Part shown: positions 10,066 through 18,823 of the stretch, piece by piece
How positions within the stretch are numbered: the first letter of the stretch is position 1
Layout of the letters: each line of letters begins with the position of its first letter
Source: Candidatus Geohabitans tengchongensis
Lineage (GTDB): Bacteria; Sysuimicrobiota; Sysuimicrobiia; Sysuimicrobiales; Humicultoraceae
NCBI GenBank assembly: GCA_031459625.1
Contig: JAVKIH010000023.1
Coordinates: 1 to 39,416 of the forward strand
Direction: 5' to 3'
Length of the DNA stretch: 39,416 nt
Notes under the pieces: generated by a model
What the model was told of the DNA's origin: nothing
What the model saw: the letters and a program-made list of their open reading frames with translations, nothing else
The model's database searches: none
Program-made: the position numbers and the translations under genes

Positions 10066-11787
10066 ATGATCCGCCCGGAGGACTTCATCGGCCGGCCCTA
10101 CGAGGAAGCGCGGGCGGCCTTTCGCTGGGCGGTCCCCCATCCCTACAACATCGCCCTGGACGTCTGCGACCGCTGGGCCGACGTCGACCCCGAGCGGCCG
10201 GCCATCCTCTACGAGTCGTCCGAGGGGGAGAGCGCCACCTGGACCTACGGCCAGCTGCGCCGCGAGGCCAACCGCCTGGCCAACGCCCTGGCGGCCCTGG
10301 GGGTCGGGCGCGGAGACCGCGTGGCCGTCATCCTGCACCAGCGCGTCGAGACGGCGGTCAGCCACCTGGCCTGCTACCGGATGGGGGCGGTGGCGGTCCC
10401 GCTCACGCGCATGTTCGGGCCGGACGCGCTGGCCTACCGTCTCGACCACAGCGGCTGCACCGTGGCGATCGCCGACCCCATGGTCCTCCCGGCCCTCAGC
10501 GAGGTGCGCGACCGCCTCCCGGCGCTGCGCACGGTCATCGTGGCGGACGGCGGCCGCGCGGTCGAGCTGCCGGAGGGGGACGGTGCGACACGCCCCCGCC
10601 ACCTGCGCTGGAGCCGTCTCCTGGCGGAGGCCTCCGAGCGCTTCACGCCGGTGGTGACCTCGCCCGACGACCCCGCCCTGATCATCTACACCTCGGGGAC
10701 GACGGGGCCGCCCAAGGGTGCCCTGCACGGCCACCGCGTCCTGCTCGGCCACCTCCCCTCGGTGCAGCTCTACTTCGACTTCGTCCCGCAGGGCGGCGAG
10801 GTGTACTGGACGCCCGCCGACTGGGCCTGGATCGGCGGGGCCTACGACCTCCTCTTCCCCGGCCTGCGCCTGGGCGGGCCCGTGGTGGCCTTCGAGACCA
10901 CCCGCTTCGACCCCGAGCGCGCCGTCGCCCTGATGGCCCGCTACCGCGTCACCCACGTCTTCCTGCCGCCCACCGCGCTCAAGATGGCCATGCCGGTGGT
11001 GCGGCCGGGCGCCCCGCTCGTCCGCGCCCTGGCCCTGCGGGCGGTGATGAGCGGCGGGGAGCCGGTGAGCCCGGCCATCCTGGAGTGGGCGGCGGAGACG
11101 CTGCCGGGGGTGCCGCTGCACGAGATCTACGGCCAGACCGAGGCCAACCTGGTCTGCGGCAACTGCGTCCGCCTCTTCCCCGTGCGCCCCGGGTCGATGG
11201 GGCGCCCCTTCCCCGGGCACGAGGTGACGGTCCTGCGCGAGGACGGCACCCCGGCTGCGGTGGGGGAGCCCGGGGAGGTGGCCGTACGGGCGGACGGCGA
11301 CCCGGTGGTCTTCCTGGGCTACTGGCGGAACCCCGAGGCCACCCGCGAGAAGGTGCGGGACGGCTGGCTGCGCACCGGCGACGTGGCCCGCCGGGACGCG
11401 GAGGGCTACTTCACCTTCGAGGGCCGCACCGACGACCTGATCACGAGCGGCGCCTACCGCATCGGGCCGGCCGAGGTGGAGGCGAGTCTCCTCACCCACC
11501 CGGCCGTGGCGGAGGCGGCCGTGGTGGGGGCGCCCGACGCGGTGCGCGGGCAGGTGGTGACCGCCTTCGTCACGCTGCGCCCCGGTTACACGCCGTCACC
11601 GGCGCTGGCCGCCGAGATCCAGGCGCACGTGAAGCGGCGCCTGGCCGCCTACGCCTACCCTCGGCGGGTGGAGTTCCTGGAGGCGATGCCGATGACGACG
11701 ACGGGGAAGATCCGCCGCGCCGAGCTGCGCGCGCTGGTGGCGGGTCAGGGGCGCAGCAGCGGCACGCCCTCGAAGACCGTTCGGTAG
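10066..11787 (+). CDS. AMP-forming acyl-CoA synthetase (short/medium-chain type)
   Basis: IIYTSGTTGPPKG, YWTPADWAW, YGQTE, TGD, RIGPAEVE, TTTGKIRR motifs. Confidence 0.92.
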   Translation: MIRPEDFIGRPYEEARAAFRWAVPHPYNIALDVCDRWADVDPERPAILYESSEGESATWTYGQLRREANRLANALAALGVGRGDRVAVILHQRVETAVSHLACYRMGAVAVPLTRMFGPDALAYRLDHSGCTVAIADPMVLPALSEVRDRLPALRTVIVADGGRAVELPEGDGATRPRHLRWSRLLAEASERFTPVVTSPDDPALIIYTSGTTGPPKGALHGHRVLLGHLPSVQLYFDFVPQGGEVYWTPADWAWIGGAYDLLFPGLRLGGPVVAFETTRFDPERAVALMARYRVTHVFLPPTALKMAMPVVRPGAPLVRALALRAVMSGGEPVSPAILEWAAETLPGVPLHEIYGQTEANLVCGNCVRLFPVRPGSMGRPFPGHEVTVLREDGTPAAVGEPGEVAVRADGDPVVFLGYWRNPEATREKVRDGWLRTGDVARRDAEGYFTFEGRTDDLITSGAYRIGPAEVEASLLTHPAVAEAAVVGAPDAVRGQVVTAFVTLRPGYTPSPALAAEIQAHVKRRLAAYAYPRRVEFLEAMPMTTTGKIRRAELRALVAGQGRSSGTPSKTVR

Positions 11788-12149
11788 ATCACCGGGTCCA
11801 GCGTGGCGAGCCGAAGCCCATGGTGTTCTGCGTGGGCGCCAATCAGAAAATCGGCAGCGATGCGCCTCGGGAGCGCCCCGTGTCGTCGCATCCGGGCATA
11901 CGCACCCATCGCACTCCCCGCCCGTTCCCACACGGCCTGCGGCATCTCCCAGAGGACCTCCGCCTCCGTGCGCTGCAGGAAGGTCTTGAGGGCCTCCCAC
12001 GCTTGGGAGGCCGCCAGCTCCGCGTAGACCACCGGGCAAAGCACCACGCCCCCCGCTCCAACCCGATCCAGTAGTGTCAGGGCAGCCTGGTGCGAGGCGT
12101 CCTGAGGATCGAAGGCGGCCAGGATCACATTGGTGTCAAGGCTCGTCAT
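11745..12149 (-). CDS. vapC: PIN-domain toxin (VapC family)
   Basis: SLDTNVI, VVYAEL, IAADFLIGAHA, LATLD acidic PIN residues; 134 aa; overlaps the upstream antitoxin. Confidence 0.9.
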   Translation of the reverse strand: MTSLDTNVILAAFDPQDASHQAALTLLDRVGAGGVVLCPVVYAELAASQAWEALKTFLQRTEAEVLWEMPQAVWERAGSAMGAYARMRRHGALPRRIAADFLIGAHAEHHGLRLATLDPVIYRTVFEGVPLLRP

Positions 12150-12396
12150 CGCCCCAGCGCAGGCGCCGGACGTGCTTCACGGCATCTCCGCCCGTTTCCT
12201 CGTGCAAGGCCCGGAGGTCGAGTTCCTGAAGCAGCGCTCTCACGACCTCTGCGGGATTCGGACGGACCTTCCGCAGTTCCGCGTGATCTCCCCGGACAGT
12301 GAGCTCCAGACGGTCTCCTGGCTTGATCCCCAGCGCCCTCCGGATCGTGGCAGGGATGGTAATCTGCAACTTGCTGCTAACGGTCGCGGTAGACAT
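12136..12396 (-). CDS. AbrB/MazE/SpoVT-family antitoxin
   Basis: MSTATVSSKLQITIPATIRRALGIKPGDRL swapped-hairpin signature; immediately upstream of and overlapping the PIN gene; ATG 12396 preferred over 12414. Confidence 0.88.
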   Translation of the reverse strand: MSTATVSSKLQITIPATIRRALGIKPGDRLELTVRGDHAELRKVRPNPAEVVRALLQELDLRALHEETGGDAVKHVRRLRWGDDEP

Positions 12397-12470
12397 GATT
12401 GGTAAGGTTATCATGCTTGGTAATACTTGCTTTGGTAACCTCAGTAAAGCATATCATACAAAGTCAATAT
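12397..12470 (-). promoter_or_regulatory. AT-rich TA promoter/operator region
   Basis: Strongly AT-rich patch in a GC-rich window; three TTGGTAA copies (12399, 12417, 12432), a TGCTTT/AAAGCA inverted repeat, and TTGACT and TG-n-TAACCT elements on the minus strand. Confidence 0.55.
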
Positions 12471-12525
12471 CCTGCGACCCGCGCCCTCTCCCCTCTGACA
12501 CCATTTGGGCCTTGGAGGACACAGC

Positions 12526-14841
12526 TCAGGGGCCAGAGAGCAGTGTGGACTTGATTGGGGGATGCACGGCGTTGCCGTCAACGAGCAGGGCGAGGTATAG
12601 GGTGGCGACCGGGGTTGTGCCCTTGGCCGGCAGATCCGCCTGGTACAGGCCATCACCCGCATATCTGCAGATCCCCGCTGCGGTCACCCGACCCTGCGGG
12701 TCCACGACCACATAGCGGCACTCCGGCGGCGCCTCGGTGACGGGGATGCTGAGGTCCCCGATCAGGTGGCGCACCAGCTCGGTCGTGCGCTGGTAGCGCA
12801 CCACGCGCTCCACCTCGCCGCGGAGCTCCACCCGGCGCCCGGAGACGTGCACCTCGGTGACGTAGGCGTGGCGGGGGTCGGCGAACCGGTCGTAGGTGCC
12901 GATGGTGATGGGGTAGCTCAGGTCGCGCCAGACCGTGAGGACGGCGGTGTGCGGCGTCCAGCGGGTCAGGCGGTAGGGGCCGTTGGCGACGAGCAGGTGC
13001 CCGTGCCGCCCGCCGAACCGCCGCAGGGCCCGCCAGCGGGCGCGCGCCTCCTCGGTGGTGACGAAGGGCTGCAGCGCCGGCGGCACGTACGCCTCCCGTT
13101 CGAACGTCCCCGCCAGGTCGAGGAGGCGGCGGCGGAGGATGGGGTTGCGCACCAGGTCGAGCCAGGGGATGCCGCGGCGCGCCGCCTCCACCCGCGAGAA
13201 AGCGGCCAGCCCGCGCCGGACCGCTTCGTCCATCAGGACCAGCACCGTCCAGGGGACCGGGGTCCAGGGGGGCGCCACCACGGCGGCCTGCTCGGGCGGG
13301 AGGTGACGACGGAGGTAGACCTCGACCACCGGGACCGCCACGTCCACGTCCCGGTCGCCGACCTGCCGCCGCTCCAGCTCGGTCCCCGCAGGCCGCACGC
13401 CGGCCAACCACTCGCGCAACAGCGCCGTCCGCTCCACCACCGCGCGGTCGGACGCGCCGTCCGCCGGTGCCCCCCACCGGAAGGCGAAGGCGTAGGCGGC
13501 CAGGAGGTCGGCCGCCGTCATCGCCGTCCCGTCGTGGAAGTGTGAGGTGCGCACCCGGTAGCGCAGGGCCAGGGCGGCGCGCCTGCCCCGCCCCACCGCG
13601 TGAAGGGCACCGGTGGCGTCGGGCAGCAGGGCGTCGCCCGGCACCGCCACCTCGCCGCCGGTCGGGCGGCCACGACGTAGCCAGCCGAGCAGGCGATCCA
13701 GGACTCCCCGGCGCTCCAGCACCGCCACCCGCACGCGGTTCTCCACCCACCCCGACCCATAGGGAGCGGGGAGCAGCGCCGGGTCGCCCACCGCGGCCCA
13801 CACGAGCGTCCCGAAGGGGTCGGTGAAGCCGGCCACCGGATTCCAGGCCGCAGCGGGGCCAGCCGCCACCCCCAGGCGCAACCACCCATTCCAGGGAAAC
13901 TCCTTGAGCTTCACCGTGCGCACGAAGGTCGGCGAGGCCAGGCCGGCGTGGGCGTCGAAGCCGACGTTCTCCACTCCGGCGGAGAAGTGCGTGGTGAGGA
14001 CCTCCCGCCGCAGCGTGTAGCCGGCGACGCGGGCCAGGCACTCCCGTTGCAGCAGGGCCACCAGGTGTCGCTCCAGGTTGAGGCGCCGGGCGAGGTCGCT
14101 TCGGCCGCCGGCCGACAGGGCTTCCCCGGGGGACTGGGAGGCATCGGGAGGGAGCGGAGCCCCCAGCGTCAGGTGCCGGAAGATGGTCGCCGCCTCCTCC
14201 CGTGCCGCCCCCGCCCACCGCTCCAGCAGGCGGTAGGCGTGGAACCAGCCCGCAGACCGCCATGGGAGGGCGCCACCGGCCACCCAGCCCAGGGGCGGCG
14301 GGTCGGTCAGGTCGGCCACGGCCACCTCCTCGAGCACCACGCCCGACGCGCCGGCCATGAGCCGGGCCGTGGCCGCCGTCCGGGCGGCCCGGGCCCGGTC
14401 CACGTGGGCCAGGAAGTCCTCGTGGTACGGCGTGACCGGATAGGGGTGGAAGACGAACCCGTCTCGCCCGCGGGCGGCGCGCCGGCCCAGGGCGGAGAGG
14501 GCGGCGTCCAGGCGCCGGCAGCGGTCGGCGCGCGGCTGGCGCGCCGCCTCGGGGGTGAGGCGCACGATGCGGTACGCTGCCAGGGAGCGGACCACGGCGG
14601 TCGGTGCGCCGCCGCGCAGGGCCCCGGCCGCGAGCGGGTCGCCCCCCACGAAGGCGTGCAGGCGGCCGCTGGCGATTTCTCGGGCGGCCTGAACCGGAGG
14701 CAGGACCTCCAGCCGGATCTCCTGCGGGTAGAAGGCGGGATACGCCGTGGCCTCGTGCCCCGCGTGCGCCGATGCCAGGGGAAGGGCGACGGCACCGAGA
14801 GCGGCCAGCGCTGCAAGCGCGCCGAACCGGCGCAAACGCAC
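12526..14841 (-). CDS. Large secreted protein with a family-5 solute-binding-protein-like C-terminal half (~771 aa)
   Basis: 3' part of track ORF 12526..15873. GTG at 14841 gives a signal peptide (MRLRRFGALAALAALGAVALPLASAHA). Contains WNPVAGFTDPFG, HFHDGTAMTAADLL and VANGPYRL, which resemble SBP_bac_5 motifs. Confidence 0.75.
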   Translation of the reverse strand: MRLRRFGALAALAALGAVALPLASAHAGHEATAYPAFYPQEIRLEVLPPVQAAREIASGRLHAFVGGDPLAAGALRGGAPTAVVRSLAAYRIVRLTPEAARQPRADRCRRLDAALSALGRRAARGRDGFVFHPYPVTPYHEDFLAHVDRARAARTAATARLMAGASGVVLEEVAVADLTDPPPLGWVAGGALPWRSAGWFHAYRLLERWAGAAREEAATIFRHLTLGAPLPPDASQSPGEALSAGGRSDLARRLNLERHLVALLQRECLARVAGYTLRREVLTTHFSAGVENVGFDAHAGLASPTFVRTVKLKEFPWNGWLRLGVAAGPAAAWNPVAGFTDPFGTLVWAAVGDPALLPAPYGSGWVENRVRVAVLERRGVLDRLLGWLRRGRPTGGEVAVPGDALLPDATGALHAVGRGRRAALALRYRVRTSHFHDGTAMTAADLLAAYAFAFRWGAPADGASDRAVVERTALLREWLAGVRPAGTELERRQVGDRDVDVAVPVVEVYLRRHLPPEQAAVVAPPWTPVPWTVLVLMDEAVRRGLAAFSRVEAARRGIPWLDLVRNPILRRRLLDLAGTFEREAYVPPALQPFVTTEEARARWRALRRFGGRHGHLLVANGPYRLTRWTPHTAVLTVWRDLSYPITIGTYDRFADPRHAYVTEVHVSGRRVELRGEVERVVRYQRTTELVRHLIGDLSIPVTEAPPECRYVVVDPQGRVTAAGICRYAGDGLYQADLPAKGTTPVATLYLALLVDGNAVHPPIKSTLLSGP

Positions 14842-14902
14842 AACGGCGCGGACCCGCCGGCGCGAGGACGCACAGACCGGGCCTGGTCGGCGCAGGAGCA
14901 GA

Positions 14903-14930
14903 GGGGCACGGCCCCATCGGACCGTGCCCC
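14903..14930 (-). terminator. GC-rich stem-loop downstream of the SBP gene (weak terminator or mRNA stabiliser)
   Basis: GGGGCACGG (14903-14911) and CCGTGCCCC (14922-14930) form a perfect 9-bp stem with a 10-nt loop; no long U tract. Confidence 0.5.
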
Positions 14931-14954
14931 CCCGCGCACGGACGCGCGTCTGGC

Positions 14955-16331
14955 CTAGGCGCGGACCTTCGGCCAGGTCTTGTCGATCCACGTGTACGTG
15001 GAGGTGGGCTCGCCCTTCGGCCACCCCGGCGGCGCGGTGATGTTGCGGATGGGTACGGTGATCATCGTGTTGGGGTTGAGGACCATGAAGTTGTAGTTGC
15101 GGTCGTTGTAGGCAAACCCGGTGACCGCGTCCTTGTACGCCTGGTGGTTGTCCGGCCGGATGTAGATGTAGCCGGCCGGGGCCTGCCAGGAGAGCCCCTC
15201 CAGCTGGCTGATGATCGCCTCGTCGTCCGGCCAGCCGCCGGTGAGGCGGTTGGCCCGCTCCACCGCCAGGCGGTACATGTGCAGCGCGGTATAGGCCCCC
15301 TCCGCCTCGAAGTTGGGGTACTCCTTCCAGCGGTTGAAGTACTTGCGCACGAAGATGTTGTTCAGCGGCCACTTGTTGCCCGGCGGGAAGTTCCAGTAGT
15401 AGTTGGCGTGCACGCCGGCGATGACCCCCTCCGGGTGGTCCTTGCCGATGGCGTGCGGCGCCACGCCGAAAGCGATGGTGCTGGCGAACTTCATCTGCTT
15501 GAACAGGCCGTAGCCCAGCGCCTGCTTGTACATGGCGATGTAGTCGCCGCCCCAGACTGACGAGACCAGCAGGTCGGGCTTGGCCGAGATGGTCTTGGTG
15601 ATGTGGGCGGTGAAGTCGGTGGTCCCCAACCGCGGCCAGGCCTCCGAGACCACCTCCACGCCGGGGAGCAGCTTGCTGAGGGCGATGGTGAAGTGGTCGA
15701 AGGCGTTCCGCCCGTAGGCGTAGTCGGGGTGGATGTGGGCGATCTTCCGCACGTCCGGCCAGGTCATGGCCACGGCGATGGCCGCCATGACGCCGTCGGC
15801 GGACTGGATGTTGGTGATGCGGAAGACGTACTTGGGGTTCGGCACCGCCTTGTCGAACAGGAAGTCGGTGCACCCGTCGGCGAAGAGCGTCAGGACCTTC
15901 AGGTCCTCCGCCACCGGACCGATGGCCGGGGTGTTGCCGCTCGAGGTGATCCCGGTGAAGAGGTCGATCTTCCCCTCGAGCTTCATCCGCTTGAACTCCT
16001 TGACGTTGGCGTCGGTGCCGGCGGCCTCGTCGGCCTGCAGCGTCTCGATCTTGCGCCGGCCCAGGATACCGCCTTTGGCGTTGATCTCCTCAGCCGCCAG
16101 CAGGTGTCCCTTGAGCATGGGCGCGCCCAGCACCGCCGCCGGGCCCGAGAGGAAGGTCATGTGCCCGACCCGGAGCGGCGTGTCCGGGATGCGCCCCCGG
16201 GGGGGCGCCTGCGCCTCGGCACGCTCGGGGGCGACCAGTTGCGACGTGGCCAGGCCCCCGACCGCCGCGGCGCCGACGGAGACCCCGAGCGCTTTCAGGA
16301 ACTCCCGCCGACTGACCTCCTGCTGACCCAT
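14955..16331 (-). CDS. Tat-exported LivK-like (type I periplasmic binding protein) ABC substrate-binding protein
   Basis: ATG 16331 with SD GGGGAG; SRREFLK Tat motif; LSGPAAVLG, AAEEINAKGGILGRRK, PDYAYG, DFTAHITK motifs; 458 aa. Confidence 0.9.
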   Translation of the reverse strand: MGQQEVSRREFLKALGVSVGAAAVGGLATSQLVAPERAEAQAPPRGRIPDTPLRVGHMTFLSGPAAVLGAPMLKGHLLAAEEINAKGGILGRRKIETLQADEAAGTDANVKEFKRMKLEGKIDLFTGITSSGNTPAIGPVAEDLKVLTLFADGCTDFLFDKAVPNPKYVFRITNIQSADGVMAAIAVAMTWPDVRKIAHIHPDYAYGRNAFDHFTIALSKLLPGVEVVSEAWPRLGTTDFTAHITKTISAKPDLLVSSVWGGDYIAMYKQALGYGLFKQMKFASTIAFGVAPHAIGKDHPEGVIAGVHANYYWNFPPGNKWPLNNIFVRKYFNRWKEYPNFEAEGAYTALHMYRLAVERANRLTGGWPDDEAIISQLEGLSWQAPAGYIYIRPDNHQAYKDAVTGFAYNDRNYNFMVLNPNTMITVPIRNITAPPGWPKGEPTSTYTWIDKTWPKVRA

Positions 16332-16583
16332 TGCTCTCCCCCCTCTGCCGACCGTGCGCCCCGGCCCCTCGTGCTCCCGATGGCTCACCTCCCTCCGCCC
16401 AGGGCGCCTCCAGCCGCGAGTTGCTTCGCCCTTCGCCATCACCGTCCCCCACCCCTCCAGCGCCTCACCCGTCAGCGGCACCCGCCGCCCGCGACGCAGC
16501 CCACCCACCACCGGGTCGGGGGAAGGAGTCGCCCTGCGCCTGCGGAGAAGGCTCCCGCAACGCCACCCCGAGGGAGGCCCGCC

Positions 16584-18080
16584 ATGCTCGTCCAGGAGAC
16601 CACCCGGACGTACGGAAACGCCATCGGCGGCCGCTGGGTGCCGGGCCGCAGCGGCGAGACCTACACCACGGTGAACCCGGCACGGCCGGGCGAGGTGATC
16701 GGGCGCTTCCAGCGCTCCACCCCCGAGGACGTGGACGACGCCGTCGCCGCGGCTGCCGCCGCCCTCCCCGAGTGGGCGGCCACCCCGCCGCCCCGGCGCG
16801 GCGCCGTCCTCCTGGAGGCCTGGCTGCGGCTGCGGGAACGGGCCGAGGCGTTCGCCGAGACCCTCACCCGCGAGACCGGCAAGGTGATCACCGACGCCCG
16901 CGGCGAGGTGCGCCGCGCCCTCAACGTCCTGGAGTTCATGGCCGGAGAAGGGCGCCGGCTGGGCGGGGAGACGATCCCCTCCGAGCTGCCCCAGAACCTG
17001 ATCTTCACCCGGCGGCGGCCGCTCGGGGTGGTCGCCCTCATCACCCCCTGGAACTTCCCCATCGCCATCCCCATGTGGAAGGTGGCCCCGGCGCTGCTCT
17101 GTGGGAACACCGTCGTCCTCAAGCCGGCCACCACCACCCCGCTGTGCGCCCTGCGCATCGCCGAGCTGTTCGCCGACGCCGGCCTGCCCCCGGGCGTCCT
17201 CAACGTCGTCACCGGACCCGGCGGGACGGTCGGGGACCGCCTCGTCACCCACCCGCAGGTCCGGGCGGTCTCCTTCACCGGCTCCACCGAGGTCGGCAGC
17301 GCCCTCTACGGGCGGGCCAGCGCGGGGTTGCGGCGCGTCCAGTGCGAGATGGGCGGCAAGAACGCCCTGGTGGTCCTGCCCGACGCCGACCTGGACCTGG
17401 CCGTCGAGGCCACGGTGCAGGGCGCCTTCGGCTTTTGCGGCCAGCGCTGCACGGCCACGAGCCGCGTGGTGGTGCACCGGGCCGTGCGGGAGGCCTTCCT
17501 CGAGCGCCTGGTGGCCCGGGTGCGCGCCCTGCGCGTCGGCGACCCCATGGACCCGCAGGCGGACATGGGGCCGCTGGCCAGCGCCGCTCAGCTGGAGAAG
17601 GTCCTGGGCTACGTGGCGGTGGGACGGGCGGAGGGCGCGCGCGTGCTGGCCGGGGGGGAGCGGGTGCGCCCGGCCGGCCTGGAGGAGGGCTACTTCGTGG
17701 CGCCCACCGTCTTCGACGGGGTCCAGCCGCGGATGCGGCTGGCCCAGGAGGAGATCTTCGGCCCGGTGCTGGCCGTCCTCACCTGCCGCGACCTGGACGA
17801 GGCGATCGCCATCGTGAACGACAGCGCCTACGGCTTCAAAGCGGCGCTGTACACCAGCGACGTGAACGCCGCCATGCGCTTCACCGACCGGGTGGACGTG
17901 GCCATGGTGCACATCAACGCGCCCACCCTGGGCGGCGAGGTGCAGGCGCCCTTCGGCGGGCGGAAGGCCTCCGGGGCGGGGTGGAAGGAGCAGGGGCGCG
18001 CGGCCATCGAGTTCTTCTCGGAGGAGCTGGTGGTCTACATGGACTACACCGGGGCGCGCCGCGACGCCCGCTTCATCTAG
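16584..18080 (+). CDS. NAD(P)-dependent aldehyde dehydrogenase (KGSADH/YcbD-like subfamily possible)
   Basis: [50 protein letters not shown] motifs. Confidence 0.93.
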   Translation: MLVQETTRTYGNAIGGRWVPGRSGETYTTVNPARPGEVIGRFQRSTPEDVDDAVAAAAAALPEWAATPPPRRGAVLLEAWLRLRERAEAFAETLTRETGKVITDARGEVRRALNVLEFMAGEGRRLGGETIPSELPQNLIFTRRRPLGVVALITPWNFPIAIPMWKVAPALLCGNTVVLKPATTTPLCALRIAELFADAGLPPGVLNVVTGPGGTVGDRLVTHPQVRAVSFTGSTEVGSALYGRASAGLRRVQCEMGGKNALVVLPDADLDLAVEATVQGAFGFCGQRCTATSRVVVHRAVREAFLERLVARVRALRVGDPMDPQADMGPLASAAQLEKVLGYVAVGRAEGARVLAGGERVRPAGLEEGYFVAPTVFDGVQPRMRLAQEEIFGPVLAVLTCRDLDEAIAIVNDSAYGFKAALYTSDVNAAMRFTDRVDVAMVHINAPTLGGEVQAPFGGRKASGAGWKEQGRAAIEFFSEELVVYMDYTGARRDARFI

Positions 18081-18100
18081 CGGCCCCGCCCAACGCCCCG

Positions 18101-18823
18101 GTGCGCGTCGCCCTCTTCACCACCTGCCTCGTCGACCACCTGGCCCCGCAGGTGGCGGCGGCGACGGTGGAGGTGCTGCGGCGCGCCGGGGTGGCGGTGC
18201 GCTACGACCCGGCGCAGACCTGCTGTGGGCAGCTCCCCCTCAACGACGGCTTCTGGCCGGAGGCGCGCGCGCTGGCCCGGCGCCACCTGGCCCTGCTGGC
18301 GGAGGCCGACGCCGTCGTCATCCCCTCCGGCTCCTGCACCGCCATGGTCCGCCACTGGTACCCGCGGCTCCTCGAGGCGGGACCAGACCGCGACCGGGCC
18401 GAGGCCGTGGCCGGGCGGACGTACGAGCTGTGCGAGTTCCTGGTGAGGCGGCTCGGCGTCACCGGCATCGATGCGGTCTTCCCCCACCGCGTCACCTACC
18501 TGGCCTCCTGCCACGGCTACCGGGAGCTCGGCCTGGGCGCCCTACCGCTCGGGTTGCTGCGCGCCGTGCGGGGACTGGAGCTGCGGCCGCTGCCCCGCAT
18601 CGAGGAGTGCTGCGGGTTTGGCGGGGCCTTTGCGGTGAAGATGACAGATCTGTCCGCCAGCATGCTGGAGGCCAAGCTCCGGGCGGTCGAGGCCAGCGGA
18701 GCGGAGGTCGTCACGGGGACGGACGTCTCCTGCCTGATGCACGTCGCCGGCGGGCTGCGGCGCCGCGGCTCCCCCGTCCGGGCCGTGCACATCGCCGAGA
18801 TCCTGGCCTCCCGGTCCCCGTGA
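18101..18823 (+). CDS. lutA: Lactate utilization protein A (two CCG domains)
   Basis: MRVALFTTCLVD, QTCCGQ, PSGSC, SCH, ECCGFGGAF, DVSCLMH, HIAEILA; GTG start at 18101. Confidence 0.88.
   Translation: MRVALFTTCLVDHLAPQVAAATVEVLRRAGVAVRYDPAQTCCGQLPLNDGFWPEARALARRHLALLAEADAVVIPSGSCTAMVRHWYPRLLEAGPDRDRAEAVAGRTYELCEFLVRRLGVTGIDAVFPHRVTYLASCHGYRELGLGALPLGLLRAVRGLELRPLPRIEECCGFGGAFAVKMTDLSASMLEAKLRAVEASGAEVVTGTDVSCLMHVAGGLRRRGSPVRAVHIAEILASRSP

Noticed and set aside
12526..17912. Giant ORFs of 1115 aa (12526..15873) and 985 aa (14955..17912) suggesting fusion proteins
   Set aside because: Their 5' parts are off-frame or antisense to the SBP and ALDH genes; signal peptides indicate real starts at 14841 and 16331 (the latter also has an SD).
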